Shown here: in pieces, positions 24,501 through 29,091 of the stretch
How positions within the stretch are numbered: position 1 is the first letter of the stretch
How the letters are laid out: the number at the start of each line of letters is the position of its first letter
Source: an uncultured bacterium
GTDB lineage: Bacteria; SAR324; NAC60-12
Assembly: GCA_965662845.1 (NCBI GenBank)
Contig: CBFIJD010000037.1
Span: forward strand, 1 to 29,091
Direction: 5' to 3'
Length of the DNA: 29,091 nucleotides
Notes under the pieces: model-generated
The model's input: only the letters and a program-made list of their open reading frames with translations
What the model was told of the DNA's origin: nothing
Database searches by the model: none
Translations under genes and position numbers: made by a program

Positions 24501-27500
24501 CCGCGTCCTCCCAGTGGTCTTGGCCGCTGCAATTTCAAATTGGCGTCTTGCACCAAGCGTCTGAAAACTGGGAAGAGGCCCGCCCCTATCTCGAACGAGT
24601 GGCCGCACAGCAAGAAGACCCCGAGCTTCAAACACAAGCCGCCCAACGGCTGCAAAGCGTAGAGCAAATCATTGCGAGACAACAGCTGCGTGCGCTAACA
24701 GACCAAGAGCGCTGGAGCGAGGTTGGGCCCTTTGTGGAGGCCGAGCTGGACAAAGGGACGCTGACCTTTGACCCACCCACCACAAACGCGTGGCTGCGCG
24801 CGGAGACCCAAGCGCAAAATTGGGAGAAGGTCCTCGCGATTTACGCGCGGCTACGACAAGAGCGCCCTGCTGAAGCCGAGACTCCCGCAGCGCTGATCGC
24901 CCAAGGACAAGCCGCCGAAGGGCTGGGTGGGTGGCTGCGCGCACGCGACTATTATGAAGCCGCCCTGCAACAAACGCCCGCCTCCGAAGAAGAGCGACGC
25001 CTCACCTTGATGGAGCGACTGCGCCATGTGTTTGAGAAAGATCCCCGTGACAACAAAGCCGACTTCCCCCCCATTGTGGTGCGCGAATATGACTCGTTTC
25101 GGCAGCTAGAGAACCGACGCCAACTGGCACAGCTGCTCGTTTTTTGGGCGCGTGAGCGGAGCAATGACCCACAGCTAGAGCGCGAATGGCTGGTCAAACT
25201 GGGCAACCTCGACTCCGGCGAATCGTCCCTGCAAGCGCGGATTCAACTCGCAGAGCTACAACAGCAAGATGGGAATACGGAACAAGCCATTCAAACTTTG
25301 GAGCAGACGCTCTCTCCTGAACTCACCCCCGCCGCCCCATTTTACTTGTCGATTCATCAGCGCCTCGCGAATTGGCACCAGGCCCAAGAACAATGGATGG
25401 CCGCGCTACGACATCACCAAGCCGTGCTCAAACTCCCTGAATCGCCCGCAAATGAGACCGCCCGCCAGCAGGCAAAAGAACAAATCATCTCCATTCGCCA
25501 GTTTTTGAGCACTCAACAGCTGAACACGGCTCGCGAGCAGGAAGATTGGCCGCAAGTCAGCCAACAGATCCAGCGGGGTCTGAATGACGGCAGCTTAGCG
25601 CACAGCGAAGAGTTGTATCGTTTGTGGCTGGAAGCCGAGACCCGGCAGGAGAACTGGCCGAGAGTGGGGGCGATCTATGACCAACTGGCCGAGCGCCACC
25701 CCGAGTCCGTCACGAATCTAGCCGACTACCAGAACCGCGGCTTTGCAGCTTCCCAAGCCGGAGACCCCAGCCAAAGCGTCGCGTTCTACACCCAAGCCTA
25801 TGCAGTCGCCCAGCCTCCTCAACAGCGCGACTTCGCGCTGCAACTCGCCGAATTGCAAAAAGACCAGCCCCGAGAAGCCCTCTCTTGGCTAGAGAAAGCC
25901 TACCTCCAGAGCCCTCCCGAAGAACAAGAGGCCATCGCGTGGCAGGCACAAGCCATCGCACAATCACTCAACGACTGGCAACTCGAAGAGCCTTGGCTCA
26001 GGAAGCTCGACCAAGGTGGCAACTCAGACACCGAGCTGCAGGCGCTGTGGCGGCGTGTAGAGCGGGCCGAACAAACCCAAAACGCGGAGCAAGAGCGCGA
26101 GGCCCTACAAGCAGTCTTGCAGCGAGACCCGTCGCCACAAACGTCGTGGTTTGTGCTCGCACACTTCCGCTTGGGGAAATCGTTTCAGGAGGCTGAACGC
26201 TGGGAAGAAGCAGAATACGCCTATCTGCAAGCGGCACAGTCCGAACCACCGGCAGAATATGCAGACGTCCAAACCGCCGCTCGTCAGCAGTGGAAAGCCC
26301 TCTCGCAACGGGGACTCAACGACAAGCTAGACCGCCTGGAACAAAACGAGGATTGGGCGGGGATGTCCTACCTGATCCGCAAGGAACACCTAGCGGGCAC
26401 GCTTCAACTCGATCCACCCATCTTTGCGCTGCTGGTGCGAGCCGAAGTGGAACAGCAAAACTGGAAGGGCGTCCTCAAAGCCTATCAGCTGCTAGAGAAA
26501 GATGACCCGCCGCAGACCCAAACCGCAGACGCGCACTTGCAACGAGCCCGCGCAACGCTGCAACTGCAAGGCTGGGCACCTGCGGCCGACTGGTATCAAA
26601 AAGCTTGGCAGGCCACAGGCGCTGACGACCCCACACAGCAGCTCGCCATCGTGGATGAAGCGGGCCCCGCCTTTGAAAACGCCGAACAAGTTCCGCAGCT
26701 CGTCGCGCTCTACGAGCAGACATATCCGCACCTCCAAGATCCTGCGTTGCGACGTCGCTGCGCGCAGACCATCATCTTTTACGCTCAAGGGGACCTCAAA
26801 GATGAGGCCAAGGCGCGTCAGTGGATCGCTCAGCTCGACCAGGGTGGGAACGCAGATGAAGACCTCGCGGCCTTGTGGGCGCAAGCGCGAGAGGCCCTCC
26901 AAACCAACGAAACCGCCAAGGCTCAGGAGATCTTGCAGACCTTGCTCGCCCGCGATCCGGCTCCTGAGTCGCTGTGGTATGTACTGGCGCACTATCAACT
27001 CGGCGTGCAGGCCCAGCAAGCTCAAGAGTGGACGAATGCCCTCGGTCACTATGAATCTGCGGCACAAGCGCCCGCGCCGGAAGAGGGCCTTGAATATCAA
27101 CAACTCGCGCGACAGCAAGCCGACCAAATCAGCGATTACTTGGCGAAAAATCGTCTGCAAACCCTCATCCAAGAGCAGCGCTGGGCAGAAGTCGCTGGAG
27201 AGTTACGACCGACCCTTGAGGCGCAAGGCGAGCGCGCCGACCTACAGCAAATCTTGGTGTGGCGTCGTGCGGAGTTAGAACAACAAAACTGGGAAGGAGC
27301 CCTCGCTTCGTGGCGAGTCCAACGTCAAGTGAATGAGCGCAGCACGCTCAACGCCGAGGCCCTCTGGCAACAAGGCGCCCTGCAAGAGCGCTTAGAGCAG
27401 CCCGCGCGCGCGCTAAACTACTATCAACAGCTGTTGCAGCGCTTCCCTGAGAGCGTCGAAGGACAGCAAGCGCGAAAGCGCATCGCCGACATCTACCTGC

Positions 27501-27979
27501 AACAAGGCGATCTCCAGCAGCTCGTTGTGTTCTTAGAAGAGCAGCATGAGCGCACGACCGACCCCGAAGTCAAACGAGCGTATGCTTTACAAATCGCAGA
27601 GTATTATGCAGTGGCTCTCCAGCAGCCGGAGCAGGCCTTGCAGTGGTGGGAACAAGCCGACCAAGGCGGCACCTCCAACGCAGAGCTAGAGGCCGGTTTT
27701 GAGCTGGCCAAGGCCGACATCAACGCCGGACGCAGCGACTCCGCCCTCCTGCGGCTTCAGAATCTTGCCCGTCGTGAGTTGCCTCCGGCGTCGCAGTGGT
27801 TCGTGTTGATACACTATCAACTCGCGGCGCTTCATCACACGCAAGAGCAGTATCCTGAGGCATTAGAGCACTATCGCATGGTCGCTACGCATCCTGGGGT
27901 GAAAGGGCTCGAAGAATATCACTCGTCTTCAAAAGAGCTGGCCGACGCCATCGCGAAGTATTTGGCTCAGTTGGAGTGA
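21512..27979 (+). CDS. Giant (2155 aa) secreted TPR-like repeat protein built from ~270-aa tandem modules
   Basis: N-terminal Sec-type signal peptide MNWHQRWKLLWLGVLLASAQGASA. Recurrent module markers W(L/I)xKLDQGG(N/T)SDxELQALW (at least 5 copies), SQWFVLAHYQLG-like (4 copies) and NWxxVLxIYxxL (6 copies) at ~270-aa periodicity. TPR-like Ala/Leu/Tyr/Gln-rich helical composition throughout. Confidence 0.85.
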   Translation: MNWHQRWKLLWLGVLLASAQGASAATCGLPAGLSEDQQFAFAERMVADGLLTSARDYLSCYRASEPNGQFRSQAMQLEGEVLMRMGEEYWSQAFVVFEEWLREHPEHPAAPSIRLKLGNIHFRFGRMQSTEEALEPIPASAEEYAQARFLMGQAVFRRSVSYRQKNAPTQADQLAAAAASYLEVALQGELNPAQQLEAHYQAGYARYVLQQYEQVPPHWESYLAQAEASPQREETRYLLASAHRRLEQWPQAEQRYGEVAVTTQEISATNQNLAKFWWGEAAFQRGLAEVRQSEASELNPSFAKELTPRYESYLATEEATYRPLAAFRLGVLYSAAEQPQEAIAAYERYLETRDEAYRQAAHYQLGVLHAQQNEPRAAIKHLEPLQDVPTYRRDPAFWNLMAQQYAAIPDEPRLESLLLAASEAPEFSRRTRLQFLLRLTTRQYQARRCLDLLDTLVRYDEPADIPEAQQLYQQRGSCFYLEKKWALARKDLQRVRHVPAYRPTIFRSLVAINRQLEDGPALQETLAWGAEPEVLLRDADWQLWVEELRKQEDWEALLTVYARWDSRADATLRERPEHLLQWARAHRQVGQTTEEARLLEDVLFLLPEQPDALREQTVGRLATLYQEQDRVADIPKLYQIHLLALLPEEAPKYRDYALYLGELYQRQLNNEDQALPWLEEADRGGQTPTEVRAALLRAGIHQQRGETDLALPIWRRLSLQQADASAQFLATYRLATLLAERKQWDEALQQFEEVSRLPAPRDQDLAMQQDAATRATEIRQFVFQRDLKDQLERRDWPAVSTHIRTHWEQGLVQLTPALLQTWVHAEQQQARWQGVLTVYNDVQKREPQRALTTDDLIWQGEAHEQLKQPREAVAFYERALKELPADDERRPRVSARLVRLYEASEDHEKQLQLYERLYAETNRAAEKQQYALRAGILSLQKLQNERRGAEWLSKVDQGGTSDVELQSALLLTELDQNNENYAIALERLQQFEQREVPASSQWSWPLQFQIGVLHQASENWEEARPYLERVAAQQEDPELQTQAAQRLQSVEQIIARQQLRALTDQERWSEVGPFVEAELDKGTLTFDPPTTNAWLRAETQAQNWEKVLAIYARLRQERPAEAETPAALIAQGQAAEGLGGWLRARDYYEAALQQTPASEEERRLTLMERLRHVFEKDPRDNKADFPPIVVREYDSFRQLENRRQLAQLLVFWARERSNDPQLEREWLVKLGNLDSGESSLQARIQLAELQQQDGNTEQAIQTLEQTLSPELTPAAPFYLSIHQRLANWHQAQEQWMAALRHHQAVLKLPESPANETARQQAKEQIISIRQFLSTQQLNTAREQEDWPQVSQQIQRGLNDGSLAHSEELYRLWLEAETRQENWPRVGAIYDQLAERHPESVTNLADYQNRGFAASQAGDPSQSVAFYTQAYAVAQPPQQRDFALQLAELQKDQPREALSWLEKAYLQSPPEEQEAIAWQAQAIAQSLNDWQLEEPWLRKLDQGGNSDTELQALWRRVERAEQTQNAEQEREALQAVLQRDPSPQTSWFVLAHFRLGKSFQEAERWEEAEYAYLQAAQSEPPAEYADVQTAARQQWKALSQRGLNDKLDRLEQNEDWAGMSYLIRKEHLAGTLQLDPPIFALLVRAEVEQQNWKGVLKAYQLLEKDDPPQTQTADAHLQRARATLQLQGWAPAADWYQKAWQATGADDPTQQLAIVDEAGPAFENAEQVPQLVALYEQTYPHLQDPALRRRCAQTIIFYAQGDLKDEAKARQWIAQLDQGGNADEDLAALWAQAREALQTNETAKAQEILQTLLARDPAPESLWYVLAHYQLGVQAQQAQEWTNALGHYESAAQAPAPEEGLEYQQLARQQADQISDYLAKNRLQTLIQEQRWAEVAGELRPTLEAQGERADLQQILVWRRAELEQQNWEGALASWRVQRQVNERSTLNAEALWQQGALQERLEQPARALNYYQQLLQRFPESVEGQQARKRIADIYLQQGDLQQLVVFLEEQHERTTDPEVKRAYALQIAEYYAVALQQPEQALQWWEQADQGGTSNAELEAGFELAKADINAGRSDSALLRLQNLARRELPPASQWFVLIHYQLAALHHTQEQYPEALEHYRMVATHPGVKGLEEYHSSSKELADAIAKYLAQLE

Positions 27980-28207
27980 GGGGGAACGCCAGAGATGTCG
28001 CGTTGTGTTCGCATTGCCATTGCTTGCTCTTGCGATTCTGTGCTAAGGCTCTCCATCAATTGTTCAACTGCCTAAAACGAGCGCTTCGTCGGCTCTGCCT
28101 TCACTTCGTGGAGCGGGGAGCAAACACGTAGCTCCGGCTTACGAGCTGCCCGCATTATAGTTCATCTTCCCATCTTCCTTTTCACTTCCTCTCACCCCGA
28201 GGTTTTC

Positions 28208-28867
28208 ATGTCGAGTGTATCCCAAACTCTCTCTGAAGAAATTGCGAACAGCGTCACCCACGGTGTTGGGGCTGCGCTCAGCGTAGCCGCGCTCACCTTG
28301 CTGGTGACTCTCGCGACGTTTCATGGAGACGTCTGGCATCTGGTCAGCGTCAGCGTCTATGGGACGAGCCTTGTGCTGCTTTATCTCGCGTCCACGCTGT
28401 ACCACGGTCTGCAACATCCCAAACTGAAACAGATCTTTCAGATGCTAGATCACGCCGCGATTTACTTGCTCATTGCAGGGACATATACCCCGTTCTTGCT
28501 GGTGAACATGCGGGGCGTTTGGGGATGGAGCTTGTTTGTGGTGATCTGGGCAATGGCGATTGGTGGGATTCTCTTTCACCTTCGCTGTGGGGAACGGTTC
28601 CCCAAGGTGAGCCTCGGCGGTTATCTGGTCATGGGCTGGCTTTGTGTCATCGCGTTGCCAGAGATGGTCGAGACCGTCGGCGAGGACGGCATGTTGTTGG
28701 TGTTTCTGGGAGGGGTCTCTTACACCGTGGGCGTCATCTTCTATGTCTGGCAGCGGTTGCCGTACAACCACGCGATTTGGCACCTGTTTGTGCTTGGCGG
28801 GAGCATCGCACATTTTTTTGCCGTCCTCTGGCATGTTCTCCCCACTCCGGCGGTGCCCAACGCTTGA
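28208..28867 (+). CDS. Hemolysin III / PAQR-family 7-TM membrane protein
   Basis: Seven hydrophobic segments. Motifs NSVTHGVGA...LYLASTLYHG...MLDHAAIYLLIAGTYTPF...HAIWHLFVLGGSIAHFFAV match the HlyIII/YqfA family. Confidence 0.85.
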   Translation: MSSVSQTLSEEIANSVTHGVGAALSVAALTLLVTLATFHGDVWHLVSVSVYGTSLVLLYLASTLYHGLQHPKLKQIFQMLDHAAIYLLIAGTYTPFLLVNMRGVWGWSLFVVIWAMAIGGILFHLRCGERFPKVSLGGYLVMGWLCVIALPEMVETVGEDGMLLVFLGGVSYTVGVIFYVWQRLPYNHAIWHLFVLGGSIAHFFAVLWHVLPTPAVPNA

Positions 28868-28996
28868 TCCAGCCTGCGAACGCGAAGCCCCTACGGGAAA
28901 CCATGGAGGGGCCCCTATCGGGTCGGGAAAAACAAAAACGCGGTCATCGTCAGGGCTGGCCCCCGTGCCTGACCGGATTCCGAGAAAACACAAACA

Positions 28997-29091
28997 ATGC
29001 AATTGCTCTCACCCAAGAATGATCTGGTCTTCAAGCTGCTCTTTGGGCAGCACCCCGACCTGCTGCGCGACGCCCTCAACTGCTTTTTGTC
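28997..29091 (+). CDS. Rpn-family recombination-promoting nuclease / putative transposase (PD-(D/E)XK), 5' fragment running off the window
   Basis: MQLLSPKNDLVFKLLFGQHPDLLRDALNCFL carries the diagnostic N-terminal D-x-x-FK-x-LFG motif of the Rpn/YhgA-like family. This family is abundant in cyanobacteria. Confidence 0.6.
   Translation, partial: MQLLSPKNDLVFKLLFGQHPDLLRDALNCFL

Overview
This is a GC-rich (~58-60%) bacterial chromosomal window, probably cyanobacterial. GvpA is almost identical to cyanobacterial GvpA, an Rpn/PD-(D/E)XK transposase-like gene sits at the 3' edge, and many start codons lack an SD sequence. Contents in order: (1) a 5'-truncated cheB and an FAD oxidoreductase on the + strand. 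(2) A tightly packed minus-strand housekeeping block argS-moaE-tag-rlmKL-rsgA-SDR-tpiA-secG. moaE/tag and tag/rlmKL have overlapping stop/start codons, and secG carries an unusual 115-aa Pro/Ala/Glu-rich tail. (3) A ~230-nt highly structured element upstream of argS (10400-10632). It has three copies of a conserved 27-nt core, each embedded in a different perfectly complementary outer stem, which is covariation consistent with a structured RNA or repeat family. (4) A small RHH regulator plus coiled-coil ORF cassette next to an AT-rich divergent promoter region containing a 17-bp palindrome. (5) mce-galE. (6) A divergently transcribed pair of paralogous MinD/ParA-type deviant Walker A ATPases directly abutting gvpA. 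(7) A gas vesicle cluster gvpA-[gvpC-like-gvpN]x2-gvpG-like-gvpF/L-gvpM/S-like-gvpK-gvpJ with a tandemly duplicated gvpC-gvpN module. (8) A 2155-aa secreted protein built from ~270-aa TPR-like tandem modules. (9) A hemolysin-III family membrane protein and the start of an Rpn-family nuclease/transposase-like gene. The most novel candidates are the ParA/MinD pair as a possible gas vesicle positioning system, the covarying triple-hairpin element, and the duplicated gvpC-gvpN module.
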